Shown here: positions 37,327 to 46,869 of the stretch, piece by piece | How positions within the stretch are numbered: position 1 is the first letter of the stretch | Layout of the letters: each line of letters begins with the position of its first letter | Origin: an uncultured Acidobacteriota bacterium | GTDB taxonomy: Bacteria > Acidobacteriota > Thermoanaerobaculia > UBA5066 > Gp7-AA6 | DNA: 64,000 nt | Reading direction: 5' to 3' | NCBI GenBank assembly: GCA_963837495.1 | Contig: CAWINF010000001.1 | Span: 2,043,382-2,107,381 of the forward strand | Position numbers and translations under genes: made by a program | Notes under the pieces: model-generated | Told to the model about the DNA's origin: nothing | The model's database searches: none | What the model saw: the letters and a program-made list of their open reading frames with translations, nothing else

Positions 37327-37344
37327 ACGGTCCGAGGATTCGGT

Positions 37345-38637
37345 TCAATCCAGGGGAAAAGTCAGGGTGTACTCCCAGGCGCCGCGGCCGACGACCATGA
37401 CGAGGGTCGTGCGGCTCTGGTCTCGCGAGAGGACCTTGTTGACGTCGCCCACGTCGGACACCGCGGTGTTGTTCAGGGCGAGGATCGTGTCGCCCGTTTC
37501 GAGGCCGGCCTGCGCCGCCGCGCCGCGCGGGTCCACGATCGAGATGCGCAGGCCCCCGCGCGCCGGGCGAACCGTCATGCCGAGCTGGCGAAGGACGCGC
37601 ACGCCGTAATCGGCGGGAGGATCCTGGCCCGAGAGCGTGACGGCTCGCTCCCTGGCGCCGCTCTTCAGAGTGATCTTCATCGGCCTGCCGGGGCCGCGCG
37701 TGGAGAGCGCCGTCTCGAAGGACTCCTGAGAGTCGATGGGCGTCGAGTCCACGGCGACGATCTGGTCGCCCGGCCGGATGCCGGCCCGCTCGGCAGGGGA
37801 GCCCGGGTCCACGCTCTTGATGCGGAAGCCCTTCGCGCGGCCCTCTTCCTCGCGAGAGGCGACCGTGCGCCCGTGCAGGCCCACCCAGACAGGCTTGACG
37901 TGGCCGAACCTGACGAGGTCCGAGACGATGCGCTTGGCGCGGTCCACGGGGATCGCGAAGCCGATGCCCTGCGCGCCGCCGATGATCGCCGTCGCGACGC
38001 CGATCATGTCCCCCTGCACGTTGACGACGGGGCCGCCGGAGTTGCCCGGATTGATCGGCGCGTCGATCTGGATGAAGTCATTGTAGACGCGCTGGTTCTC
38101 GCCGGGGACGCTCCGCCCCAGGGCCGAGAGGACGCCGGCCGTGACGGTGTTGGAGAGACCGAAAGGGTTCCCGATGGCCACGACTGTCTCGCCGATCAGC
38201 AGGTCCGACGACGTGCCCATCTTGATCGTGGGCAGCGCCGAGCCCGGTTTCTTGACGCGCAGCACCGCCAGGTCATTGTCGGCGTCGGATCCGATGACCT
38301 CGCAGGCCAGCTCCCGCCCCGTCTTCGTCGTGGCCACGATCCGCGAAGCGCCGGAGATGACGTGGTCATTGGTCAGGATGATTCCCCTCGGGTCGATGAT
38401 CACTCCGGAGCCGAGCGACTTGGCCGGACGCGGGTCCAGGCCGAAGAAGAACGTGTCGAACACGGAGCGGGCCCGGCGCACGGTCTGTTCCGCGGCGATG
38501 TTGACGACGGCGGGGGCGACCTTCTCGACGACCTCCACGACCTCGCTTCGTCGCGAGGGGAGGGGCGCAGCGAGAAGGGGATCCGCGGCGGCCGAGAGAA
38601 GAAAGATTATTGCGAGGGGCGTCTGTCGTTTTCTCAC
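37345..38637 (-). CDS. HtrA/DegP-family periplasmic serine protease with two PDZ domains
   Basis: TNDHV, DLAVL and GNSGGP form the catalytic triad context. The GTG at 38637 precedes the signal sequence RKRQTPLAIIFLL. The track ORF extends further upstream. Confidence 0.85.
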   Translation of the reverse strand: MRKRQTPLAIIFLLSAAADPLLAAPLPSRRSEVVEVVEKVAPAVVNIAAEQTVRRARSVFDTFFFGLDPRPAKSLGSGVIIDPRGIILTNDHVISGASRIVATTKTGRELACEVIGSDADNDLAVLRVKKPGSALPTIKMGTSSDLLIGETVVAIGNPFGLSNTVTAGVLSALGRSVPGENQRVYNDFIQIDAPINPGNSGGPVVNVQGDMIGVATAIIGGAQGIGFAIPVDRAKRIVSDLVRFGHVKPVWVGLHGRTVASREEEGRAKGFRIKSVDPGSPAERAGIRPGDQIVAVDSTPIDSQESFETALSTRGPGRPMKITLKSGARERAVTLSGQDPPADYGVRVLRQLGMTVRPARGGLRISIVDPRGAAAQAGLETGDTILALNNTAVSDVGDVNKVLSRDQSRTTLVMVVGRGAWEYTLTFPLD

Positions 38638-38705
38638 GGGCAGGAGAACCGTGGACGTATTGAGGCCATTCCTCGAATCGGGGACGTTGTCCTCGGTCGT
38701 CCCTG

Positions 38706-38870
38706 GTGCCGTAGGGGCGGGCCTTGTGCCCGCCCGCGTTTCGTCGGGCCTGCCGCGCAGAACGGAGACGCAATCGAGAAGAGAACGTCTCCACAGAGGA
38801 GCGTTTCGGTCTCGACGACGTTGGCGTATCCGAGGGAGGCGGGAGGGGACGAGCCCCTCTCCTACGGCAC
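38706..38870. repeat. bipartite GC-hairpin element, family B (two inverted arms)
   Basis: The left arm is GTGCCGTAGGGGCGGGC-CTTGT-GCCCGCCC. The right arm is GGGAGGGGAC-GAG-CCCCTCTCCTACGGCAC. The termini are inverted copies of GTGCCGTAGG. Confidence 0.6.
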
Positions 38871-38914
38871 GAAAGCACGAAGGGTACGCAGAGCACGAGA
38901 GAACGACGAAGGCC

Positions 38915-38941
38915 AAACAAAAAGCCCCGCCGAAGCGGGGC
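38915..38941 (-). terminator. rho-independent terminator after hsp20
   Basis: The minus strand reads GCCCCGC-TTCG-GCGGGGC followed by TTTTTGTTT. Confidence 0.75.
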
Positions 38942-39026
38942 CCTATTCGAATCATCTCGGCTCCGGAGGTCCTTCGGGCCTGCGGCCCTCAGGACGAAAT
39001 AGGCCGGATTCGCTCCGCGAACCGTC

Positions 39027-39518
39027 CTATTTCGCCTTGACGTCGATGGTTTCCTTCTTCCCGCCGTTGCCGGAGCCGACCGTGATCTTGATCTGGCGGG
39101 GCTTGGCTTCCTCGCGCTTGGGCAGCTCGATCTGGAGCAGGCCGTTGGCGAAATTGGCCTTGATGTGCTCGCGGTCCACGTTGTTGGGCAGCGTGAAGGA
39201 GCGGACGAACTGGCCGTAGGAGCGCTCCATCCGGTGGAAAGTGCGCCCCTCCTTCTCGGTCTCGCTCTTGCGCTCGCCGCGCAGGGTCAGCACTCCGCCC
39301 TCCATCTGGATCTCGATCTCATTCTCCTTGAAGCCGGGAAGCTCCGCGGTCATGAGGATCCGGTCCTTCTCCTCCACGATGTCCACAGGCGGAATCCACG
39401 CGCCGATGCTCATCTCTTCGTCGCGTTCCCGGCGCGGCAGCGCGCCTCCGAAGATCCGATTGAAGCGATCGGGCAAAGAACTCAGTTCGCGATAGGGGTC
39501 CCAGGTTACGAGATTCAT
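39027..39518 (-). CDS. Hsp20 / alpha-crystallin small heat-shock protein
   Basis: 163 aa; PPVDIVEEKDRILMTAELPG...GVLTLRGER...ERSYGQFVRSFTLP...ANGLLQIELPK. Confidence 0.9.
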   Translation of the reverse strand: MNLVTWDPYRELSSLPDRFNRIFGGALPRRERDEEMSIGAWIPPVDIVEEKDRILMTAELPGFKENEIEIQMEGGVLTLRGERKSETEKEGRTFHRMERSYGQFVRSFTLPNNVDREHIKANFANGLLQIELPKREEAKPRQIKITVGSGNGGKKETIDVKAK

Positions 39519-39536
39519 GTTTTCCTCCTTGGTTGG

Positions 39537-42152
39537 TTAAACGACCACTGCTTTCTCCAAAGACTTCTTACGGATCTCGACGGGTCCGCCGTCCGGCCGC
39601 GCCGTGACTTCGACGGTGTCTCCCGCCCCGATCTCATTCTTCAAAATCCTTTCCGCCAGACCATCCATCACCTCCTTCTGAATGAGCCGCCTCAACGGGC
39701 GGGCGCCGAACGTCGGGTCGTACCCGCGAGCCGCCAGCGCGTCCTTCGCCTTCGGCGTCCAGGTCAGATGAATCCCCCGGTCGGCGACGGTGCGGGCGAG
39801 CTGGCGGAGCTGGATCTCGACGATCTGCCCGATCTCTTCCCGCGTCAGCCGGTGGAAGACGATCACGTCGTCGATGCGGTTGAAGAACTCCGGGCGGAAG
39901 TGGCGGCGCAGCGACTCCTCGATCTTCGCCTTGACCTCCGCCTCGTCCATGGCGCTCGCCTCGGCGATCCACTCCGAGCCCAGGTTGGACGTCATGATGA
40001 TGACCGTGTTCTTGAAGGACACGACCCGTCCCTTGCCGTCGGTCAGGCGGCCGTCGTCCAGGACCTGCAGGAGCACGTTGAAGACGTCCGGGTGCGCTTT
40101 CTCGATTTCGTCGAACAGGATCACGGCGTAGGGCCGGCGCCGGATCGCCTCGGTCAGCCGGCCGCCTTCTTCGTAGCCGACGTACCCCGGCGGGGCGCCG
40201 ATCATGCGGGCGACGGAGTGCTTCTCCATGTACTCGGACATGTCGAGACGCACCATCGCCTGCTCGTCGTCGAACAGGAACTCGGCCAGCGCCCGGGCAA
40301 GCTCGGTCTTGCCGACGCCGGTGGGCCCGACGAAGAGGAACGACCCCAGCGGCCGCCGCGGATCCGAGAGGCCCGCCCGCGACCGCCGCACCGCGTCCGA
40401 CACGGCGCGGACCGCCTCCGCCTGGCCGACGACTCGCTCGGAGAGACGCTCCTCCATCTTCAGGAGCTTCTGGGTCTCCGCCTCGAGCATCCGGGAGACC
40501 GGGACTCCAGTCCAGCGCGAGACGACTCTGGCGATGTCCTCCTCGGTAACCTCCTCCTGGAGCATGGGCTGCCCCTTCTGCAGATCGGCCAGGCGCGCGT
40601 TCTGCGCCGCCAGCTCCTTCTCGAGCTGCGGCAGCCGCCCGTAGCGCAGCTCCGCGGCGCGCTGGAGGTCGCCCGCCCGCTCGGCCTCGACGGCGGCGTT
40701 GCGGGCCTCCTCGATCCCCTCCTTGGTCTGGCGGATCTTCTGGATGGATTCCTTCTCCGCCGACCACTTGGCGCGCAGCCGGCTCGAGGTCTCGCGCTCC
40801 TCCGCGAGCCGCTTTTCAATCTCTTTCAGCCGTTCTCTGGCCTCTTCGGTCTTCTCCTTCGAGAGCGCGCGCTTCTCGATCTCGAGCGAAACGATCCGGC
40901 GCTCGATCTCGTCGATCGCCTGCGGCATCGAGTCGATCTCGGTCCGCAGGCGCGCCGCGGCCTCGTCGATGAGGTCGATCGCCTTGTCCGGCAGGAACCG
41001 ATCGCTGATGTAGCGGTGCGAGAGCTTCGCCGCGGCGACGAGGGCCGCGTCGGTGATTCGGACCCCGTGATGGACCTCGTAGCGCTCCTGGAGGCCCCGG
41101 AGGATCGCGATCGTGTCCTCGACCGACGGCTCCTCCACGAAAACGGGCTGGAAACGCCGCTCGAGCGCCGCGTCCTTCTCGATGTATTTCTGGTACTCGT
41201 TCAGGGTCGTCGCGCCGATCGCGCGCAGCTCCCCCCGGGCGAGCGCCGGCTTCAGCATGTTGGAGGCGTCCATGGCGCCTTCGGCGGCGCCCGCGCCGAC
41301 GAGCGTGTGCAGCTCGTCGATAAAGAGGACGATCGTGCCCTGCGCCTCCTCGATCTCCTTCAGGACGGCCTTCAGCCGGTCCTCGAACTCTCCGCGGTAC
41401 TTGGCGCCGGCGATCATGGCTCCCAGGTCCAGCGCCACGACGCGCTTGTTCTTCAACCCCTCCGGCACGTCTCCCATGTGGATCCGCCGCGCGAGCCCCT
41501 CGACGATGGCGGTCTTTCCCACGCCGGGCTCGCCGATCAAGACGGGGTTGTTCTTGGTGCGCCGCGACAGGACCTGGATGACCCGGCGGATCTCCTCGTC
41601 GCGGCCGATCACCGGATCGATCTTGCCGCGCCGGGCCAGGTCGGTCAGGTCACGCGTGTAGCGTTTGAGCGCCTGGTACTTGTCCTCGGGGTTGGGGTCC
41701 GTGATCCGGGTCGAGCCCCGGAATTCCTTCAGAGCCTTGAACAGCGCGTCCTTCTGGACGCCGGCCTTCGACAGACGACGGGCCGTTTCACCGGCATCCG
41801 GTTCCGAGAGGGCGATGAGCAGGTGCTCGGCCGAGACGTACTCGTCGCCGAAGTCTCGCGCGATCTCGAAGGCGCGGTCGAGGGCCCGCGTCAGCTCCCG
41901 CGAAGGAGCCGCGTCCGCCGAGGCGCCCGAGACCTTGGGCCGCCGATCCAGGTCCGACTCGACTTCCGAGGCGAGCGTCTCCGGGTTGACTCCCAGCTTC
42001 TGGAGGATGGGCACCGCCACTCCTTCGGCCTGCCGAAGAAGAGCGAGGAGAAGGTGGTCCGGCGTCAACTCGGCGTTGCCGCGAGCGCGCGCGTCCCGCT
42101 GGGCTTCCTGGATGGCTTCCTGGGACTTGATTGTGAGTTGATCGAATCTCAT
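39537..42152 (-). CDS. clpB: ATP-dependent chaperone ClpB
   Basis: 871 aa with a Clp_N domain, two AAA+ modules (GEPGVGKT and GPTGVGKT) and a long coiled-coil M-domain. It lies 18 nt upstream of hsp20. Confidence 0.95.
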   Translation of the reverse strand: MRFDQLTIKSQEAIQEAQRDARARGNAELTPDHLLLALLRQAEGVAVPILQKLGVNPETLASEVESDLDRRPKVSGASADAAPSRELTRALDRAFEIARDFGDEYVSAEHLLIALSEPDAGETARRLSKAGVQKDALFKALKEFRGSTRITDPNPEDKYQALKRYTRDLTDLARRGKIDPVIGRDEEIRRVIQVLSRRTKNNPVLIGEPGVGKTAIVEGLARRIHMGDVPEGLKNKRVVALDLGAMIAGAKYRGEFEDRLKAVLKEIEEAQGTIVLFIDELHTLVGAGAAEGAMDASNMLKPALARGELRAIGATTLNEYQKYIEKDAALERRFQPVFVEEPSVEDTIAILRGLQERYEVHHGVRITDAALVAAAKLSHRYISDRFLPDKAIDLIDEAAARLRTEIDSMPQAIDEIERRIVSLEIEKRALSKEKTEEARERLKEIEKRLAEERETSSRLRAKWSAEKESIQKIRQTKEGIEEARNAAVEAERAGDLQRAAELRYGRLPQLEKELAAQNARLADLQKGQPMLQEEVTEEDIARVVSRWTGVPVSRMLEAETQKLLKMEERLSERVVGQAEAVRAVSDAVRRSRAGLSDPRRPLGSFLFVGPTGVGKTELARALAEFLFDDEQAMVRLDMSEYMEKHSVARMIGAPPGYVGYEEGGRLTEAIRRRPYAVILFDEIEKAHPDVFNVLLQVLDDGRLTDGKGRVVSFKNTVIIMTSNLGSEWIAEASAMDEAEVKAKIEESLRRHFRPEFFNRIDDVIVFHRLTREEIGQIVEIQLRQLARTVADRGIHLTWTPKAKDALAARGYDPTFGARPLRRLIQKEVMDGLAERILKNEIGAGDTVEVTARPDGGPVEIRKKSLEKAVVV

Positions 42153-42182
42153 CGGCGCATGCTTTCCCTTTCCGGAGCGCCG

Positions 42183-42212
42183 ATCTTACAAAGTTGAGCG
42201 CCATAATGTCAA
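42183..42212 (-). promoter_or_regulatory. clpB promoter candidate overlapped by a HAIR-like inverted repeat
   Basis: The minus strand reads TTGACA (42212-42207), 18-nt spacer, TAAGAT (42188-42183). CTTGACA-N7-GCTCAAC matches 10/14 positions of the HspR HAIR consensus CTTGAGT-N7-ACTCAAG. The context is AT-rich. Confidence 0.45.
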
Positions 42213-42293
42213 GTACATATCTGAAATATATGAGTGTGTTATACGCATGTTGTTAAGCTCCTGCTCTCAAAGTACTTAATTTCAGCGAGGCTG

Positions 42294-42986
42294 TCAGCCG
42301 TGCTGGGAGACCCGGGTCGGATCGGCAAGGCCCGCCTCGCAGAACCCTTTTTCTCGAAGGAGGCAGGAGTCGCAATGGCCGCAAGGCACTCCTTCGTTGG
42401 AGGGGTCGTAGCAGGAGGAAGTCAGCTCGAAGTCGAGCCCCAGTTCGGCGGCAAGGGCGACGATCTGACCTTTCGTCATGCGGAGCAGGGGCGCGTGGAT
42501 TCGGAAGTCGAGCCTCTTCTCGACGCCGGCCTTCGTCCCCAGGTTGGCCATCCTCTGAAAAGCCTCCAGGTACTCTGGCCTGCAGTCGGGATACCCGGAG
42601 TAATCGAGGGCGTTCGCCCCGATGAAGATGTCGCCCGCTTCGAGGGCCTCGCCCCACGCCACGGCATGAGCCAGAAAGAGAGTGTTGCGGGCCGGCACGT
42701 AAGTCGCAGGGATGGCTTCCTCGCCGAGACTGTCCCGGGGAATGGCCCGCGAAGAATCCGTTAGCGCCGAGGCAGAGCGAGACGGCAGGTCCAGAGCCAC
42801 GACGCGGTGCTCGCGCGCTCCGTAACGGGCGGCGAGCCGCCGAGCTCTTTCCAGCTCCACGCGATGCCGCTGTCCGTAATCGAAAGACAGCGCGAAGACC
42901 TCGAAGCCCTCCTTCTTCGCGAACAACAGACAGGTGGCGGAGTCGAGCCCTCCGGACAGGAGGACGATCGCCGATCGTTTTTTCAT
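42294..42986 (-). CDS. queC: 7-cyano-7-deazaguanine synthase
   Basis: [20 protein letters not shown]-loop and a C-terminal Zn cluster CYDP...CGHCDSC. The ATG at 42986 overlaps the queE stop (ATGA). Confidence 0.9.
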   Translation of the reverse strand: MKKRSAIVLLSGGLDSATCLLFAKKEGFEVFALSFDYGQRHRVELERARRLAARYGAREHRVVALDLPSRSASALTDSSRAIPRDSLGEEAIPATYVPARNTLFLAHAVAWGEALEAGDIFIGANALDYSGYPDCRPEYLEAFQRMANLGTKAGVEKRLDFRIHAPLLRMTKGQIVALAAELGLDFELTSSCYDPSNEGVPCGHCDSCLLREKGFCEAGLADPTRVSQHG

Positions 42987-43624
42987 CTTCCCGGCACGTC
43001 TCCCCAGAGGATCTTGTGCAGTTGGAGGCCGAGCCGGATCGGACGCCCGCTGTCGCGGATCCATTCCGCGAGATCCGAGGCAGAAAGTCCTTCCCAGACC
43101 GGAGAGAACGTCACAGCGATTTTCGAGTCGAGGTCCCGTGCCCGGACGAAGTCCAGGGCCCAGTCAAAGTCCCGCCTGTCCGCGAGAACGAACTTCAACT
43201 CGTCGCGGGGCGTCAGCCTGGAGAGATTCTCCGGCAGGTTGGCGGACTGCATGCCGCTGCCCGGCGCCTTCACGTCCACAACCTTTACCACCCGCGGATC
43301 CACGCGGTCGAGCGGCACGTGCCCGCCCGTCTCGAGGAGAACGGTCTTGCCGGCTTCGAGCAGCCGCTCCATCAGCGGATAGACGCCTTCCTGCTCGAGA
43401 GGCTCCCCGCCGGTGACCTCGACCAGCTCCGCGCCGAGCGCGAGGACCTTCCCGACCGCCTCCGAGACCGGCATTTCCCGTCCGCCGTGAAACGCATACG
43501 CCGAGTCGCACCACACGCACCGCAGCGAGCAACCCGTCAGCCGGATGAACGCGCACGGGAACCCGGCCCGCATCCCCTCTCCCTGGATCGACCGGAAGAT
43601 CTCCGTGACGCGAATGGTCTCCAC
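42983..43624 (-). CDS. queE: 7-carboxy-7-deazaguanine synthase (radical SAM)
   Basis: FRSIQGEG...[16 protein letters not shown], with a GTG start. Confidence 0.9.
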   Translation of the reverse strand: METIRVTEIFRSIQGEGMRAGFPCAFIRLTGCSLRCVWCDSAYAFHGGREMPVSEAVGKVLALGAELVEVTGGEPLEQEGVYPLMERLLEAGKTVLLETGGHVPLDRVDPRVVKVVDVKAPGSGMQSANLPENLSRLTPRDELKFVLADRRDFDWALDFVRARDLDSKIAVTFSPVWEGLSASDLAEWIRDSGRPIRLGLQLHKILWGDVPGR

Positions 43625-43640
43625 AGGCAGATCTTAGAAG

Positions 43641-43727
43641 GGTCCAAGGTCCAAGGTCCAAAGTCCAAAGTAGAACGGATCGAAATTGCCCCTTTGGACC
43701 TTGGACTTTGGACTCTGGAAGGTCCAA
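43641..43727. repeat. palindromic tandem-heptamer array 1
   Basis: The left arm is GGTCCAA x3 plus AGTCCAA. A 22-nt spacer follows, then the inverted arm CTTTGGA CCTTGGA CTTTGGA CTCTGGA. It lies between the cupredoxin stop and the queE start. Confidence 0.8.
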
Positions 43728-43729
43728 CT

Positions 43730-44125
43730 CTAGGGAACCACTTTGATTTTGCCGTGGAGCATGTTCATGCCGCAGGAGAAGGGGAACTCGCCTTCGCGCT
43801 CCGGAGTGATCTCGATCGTGGTCTTCTGGTGGGCGGGAAGTGGCCGGCGGATCTCGAACTCCGGGAGCACGACTTCATCGCTGCAGGGGTTCGATTCCCT
43901 GCGATCGAAGATGAGCTTCAACGGCATTCCTTTCTTCGCGACGATGACGTCCGGCTTGTAGCCTCCGGCCACGACGACCGTGACCTCCTGCGGCCCGGCG
44001 GGAACGGGCCTGGCCACGGCGCGGCGCTTCCCGAAAAAGAAGACATAGAGAAACACGATGAGAGCCGCTCCCGTGACCACGGCGGCGGCGCGATCGGCGG
44101 TCCAGACGAAGCCGAGGAAGATCAA
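43730..44125 (-). CDS. membrane-anchored cupredoxin-like domain protein
   Basis: One N-terminal TM, then ...[18 protein letters not shown]...[19 protein letters not shown]. The TTG start overlaps the copA stop (TTGA). The start is uncertain. Confidence 0.6.
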   Translation of the reverse strand: MIFLGFVWTADRAAAVVTGAALIVFLYVFFFGKRRAVARPVPAGPQEVTVVVAGGYKPDVIVAKKGMPLKLIFDRRESNPCSDEVVLPEFEIRRPLPAHQKTTIEITPEREGEFPFSCGMNMLHGKIKVVP

Positions 44126-46710
44126 GTCAGCTTCCGGCGCGCCAGGCGCAGGCTGTTCGTCACGACCGAGACCGAGGAAGCCGCCATCGCGGCCGAGGCG
44201 ATCATCGGCGAGAGGAGCCATCCTGTCGCCGGATAGAGGACGCCGGCGGCCACGGGGATGCCGACGACGTTGTAGAGGAAGGCGAAGAACAGATTTTGCC
44301 GGATCGTCGCGAGCGTCGCCCGGGAGAGGGCAATCGCGTCGGCGACGGACTCGAGGCTGCCTCCCACGAGCGTGATGTCCGCCGCTTCGATCGCGACGTC
44401 GGCGCCCGCGCCGATCGCGATCCCCACGTCCGCCTGGGCCAGGGCCGGGGCGTCGTTGACTCCGTCGCCCACCATCGCGACGACTTCGCCGCGGCTCTGG
44501 AGCTCCTTGACCTTGGCCGCCTTGTCGGCGGGGAGGACCTCGGCGAAGACCTCCTCGATGCCGACCCGGGACGCGATCGCGCGCGCGGTCCTCGCGCGGT
44601 CGCCCGTGACCATCGCGGTCTTCAGGCCGAGGGCCTCGATCCTGCGCACGGCCTCCTTCGACGAAGGCTTCTCCCTGTCCGCGACGGCGAGGAGGCCGAT
44701 CGTGCGTCCCGCCGACGCGACGAGTAGCGGCGTCTTTCCCTCCGCGGCGAAGCGCTCGGACTCCTCCCGCACCGAGTCGAAATCGATCCCTTCCTCCTGG
44801 AAGAGGCGCGGACCGCCGACGACCACGCGGCGTCCCGAGGCCGACCCGACGACGCCGCGGCCGGTCTTGGACTCGAAGCTCTCGATCGGGGGCAGAGGGA
44901 TTCCTTTCTCGCCCGCCGCCGCCACGAGGGCTTCCGCGAGCGGATGGGCCGAGCCCTTCTCGATCGCGGCGGCGAGGCCCAGCATCTCCTCGACGGTGCC
45001 GGACACGACGACCCGATCGGTCAGCCGCGGCTTGCCTTCCGTCACGGTGCCCGTCTTGTCCAGGAGAACGATCGTCAGGGCTCTCGCGCGCTCCAGGGCG
45101 TCCGCGTTGCGGAAGAGGATTCCGCTGGAGGCCCCGCGCCCCGTGCCCACGAGAATCGCCGTCGGGGTCGCCAGGCCCAGCGCGCACGGGCAGGCGATGA
45201 GCAGCACCGAAGCCAGCACGACGGTCGCGAAGAGAACGCGCGGCTCCGGGCCAGCCACGTACCACGCGACCCAGGAAAGGACTCCGATGGCGAGAACGGC
45301 CGGCACGAAGACTCCGGCGATCTTGTCCGCCAGCTTCTGGATCGGAGGCTTGGAAGCCTGCGCCTGCTCGACCAGCCGGACGATCTGCGCCAGGGCGGTA
45401 TCGCTTCCGACGGCCGTCGCCTCGATTTCCAGCACCCCCTGCTGATTGAGCGTGCCGCCGATGACCCGATCTCCCGCCTTCTTCTCCACGGGGACCGACT
45501 CTCCGGTCACGAGAGACTCGTCCACCGAGGAGGTTCCAGAGCGTACTCGGCCGTCCACGGGCACGGCGTCCCCGGGTTTGACCCGCAGCAAGTCCCCGAC
45601 CTCGACCTCCGAGAGCTCCACTTCCGTCTCGACGCCGTCGCGCACCAGGCGGGCCTTCTTGGGGGTCAGGTCCAGGAGCTTGCGGATCGCCGCCGAGGTG
45701 CGGCCGCGCGCCCGGGTCTCCAGGTAGCGGCCGAGCAGGATGAGCGTCACGATGACTCCCACGGCCTCGTAGTAGACGTGGGCGGAGCCGGCCGCCGCGA
45801 ATTGGCGCGGGAAGATTGTCGAGGCCGCGGAGAGGAAGAAAGCGGCCGAAGTTCCGAGCCCGACGAGCGTGTCCATGTTGGCGGTGCGGTGCTGGAGCGT
45901 TCGGACCATGCCGGAGAGGAACGGCCAGCCCGAATAGAGATACACGGGCAGAGTGAGGAGGAGGAGAGCCAGGTCGCGGCCGGGGAAGTGGATCTCCGCC
46001 ATCGAGATCACGAGCACCGGCAGCGTCAACGCCGCGGCAAAGAGCGTGCGCCGCAGGACCTGCCGCATCTCGCGGGAGGCCCGTTCCTCGGCCTCTCCCG
46101 GTTCCTTCTCCTCGGCCGGTTTCGCTTCGTAACCGCTCGAGCGCACGGCCTCGATCAGCCTGCGGGCGTTCAGGCCCCTTCCGGTCACGTCCGCCCGGCC
46201 CGTGGCGAGGTTGACGGCGGCCTCGGAGACTCCGACGACCGCCGACAGCGCGCTTTCTATCGTCGCGACGCAGGAGGCGCAGTGCATTCCTTCGATCGCG
46301 AGCGCGACGCGCGAGAGTACGGGCGGCGAGGGGGCCGGGAGCGACCCGGGAGGCATCGGCGCCATGACGGGCGGCTTGCGCAGAAACGCGGACCCGCCCC
46401 CCTTGATCTCGAACAGCGGGGCCTGCTTCCCCCCTTTTCCTCCTTCGCTCTTCGAGCTACGGAGGACGGGCTTCGCCCGCCCCGGCATTGCTCTCGGTCC
46501 GCCCTCCAGGTACTTCTTCGGATCCCTCTCGAACGCCTCCGCGCACCCCTTCCCACAGAAGTAAAACGTCTTCCCCTCATGGACGCGCGTCGCAGCAGCC
46601 GAAGCCGGCTTGACGCTCATGCCGCACACGGGATCTATCGCGACAGGATCTGTTTTCAAGGCAACACTAACTCTAACCGTTCTCCGGACCCCGGCCGGAA
46701 TCGCTGTCAT
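44122..46710 (-). CDS. copA: heavy-metal (Cu+) translocating P1B-type ATPase with N-terminal TRASH/YHS-like and HMA domains
   Basis: Contains DPVCGMSV...[30 protein letters not shown] and GDGVNDAP. The ATG at 46710 lies inside a repeat terminus. An alternative TTG start lies at 46659 ([14 protein letters not shown]). Confidence 0.9.
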   Translation of the reverse strand: MTAIPAGVRRTVRVSVALKTDPVAIDPVCGMSVKPASAAATRVHEGKTFYFCGKGCAEAFERDPKKYLEGGPRAMPGRAKPVLRSSKSEGGKGGKQAPLFEIKGGGSAFLRKPPVMAPMPPGSLPAPSPPVLSRVALAIEGMHCASCVATIESALSAVVGVSEAAVNLATGRADVTGRGLNARRLIEAVRSSGYEAKPAEEKEPGEAEERASREMRQVLRRTLFAAALTLPVLVISMAEIHFPGRDLALLLLTLPVYLYSGWPFLSGMVRTLQHRTANMDTLVGLGTSAAFFLSAASTIFPRQFAAAGSAHVYYEAVGVIVTLILLGRYLETRARGRTSAAIRKLLDLTPKKARLVRDGVETEVELSEVEVGDLLRVKPGDAVPVDGRVRSGTSSVDESLVTGESVPVEKKAGDRVIGGTLNQQGVLEIEATAVGSDTALAQIVRLVEQAQASKPPIQKLADKIAGVFVPAVLAIGVLSWVAWYVAGPEPRVLFATVVLASVLLIACPCALGLATPTAILVGTGRGASSGILFRNADALERARALTIVLLDKTGTVTEGKPRLTDRVVVSGTVEEMLGLAAAIEKGSAHPLAEALVAAAGEKGIPLPPIESFESKTGRGVVGSASGRRVVVGGPRLFQEEGIDFDSVREESERFAAEGKTPLLVASAGRTIGLLAVADREKPSSKEAVRRIEALGLKTAMVTGDRARTARAIASRVGIEEVFAEVLPADKAAKVKELQSRGEVVAMVGDGVNDAPALAQADVGIAIGAGADVAIEAADITLVGGSLESVADAIALSRATLATIRQNLFFAFLYNVVGIPVAAGVLYPATGWLLSPMIASAAMAASSVSVVTNSLRLARRKLT

Positions 46711-46858
46711 TCTGAAGTCGCCGACGCGCCAGCGCCTCCGCCGAAGCGGCTACGGCGCTCCAGCGAAGGCGGAGAGCCGCTGTGGCGACGGCGCGAGCGG
46801 AGCGACGAAAGATCTGCCTTCGTCGGATGAGCAGATCCTTCGCTTCGCTCAGGATGAC
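46706..46858 (-). repeat. MITE-like element, family A, copy 2 (153 nt, inverted relative to copy 1)
   Basis: GTCATTCTGAAGTCGCCGACGCGCCAG...GCAGATCCTTCGCTTCGCTCAGGATGAC. It is collinear with the reverse complement of 37213-37326 apart from a ~40-nt internal insert. Confidence 0.7.
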
Positions 46859-46869
46859 AAACTTCGGGG

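Noticed and set aside
36193-42197. Two ~1000-aa plus-strand ORFs (36193-39219 and 39165-42197) spanning eamA, htrA, hsp20 and clpB.
   Set aside because: They cross several independently supported genes on both strands, and their composition is shadow-ORF-like. Only the eamA frame is real on the plus strand here.
42153-42293. CIRCE (HrcA) operator upstream of clpB.
   Set aside because: No TTAGCACTC-N9-GAGTGCTAA-like sequence is present. The only similarity is the loose TTAAG...CTTAA repeat, which is reported separately with low weight.
43641-43727. Whether the heptamer arrays (here and at 49691-49819) are CRISPR arrays.
   Set aside because: The units are 7 nt and directly tandem, with no spacers. 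The arrangement is a single palindrome, and there are no cas genes in the window.
43730-46830. ORFs 43730-45265 (minus, 511 aa) and 44944-46830 (plus, 628 aa) overlapping copA.
   Set aside because: Only the last ~131 codons of the first ORF (the cupredoxin) look genuine. The rest are out-of-frame or antisense read-through of copA.
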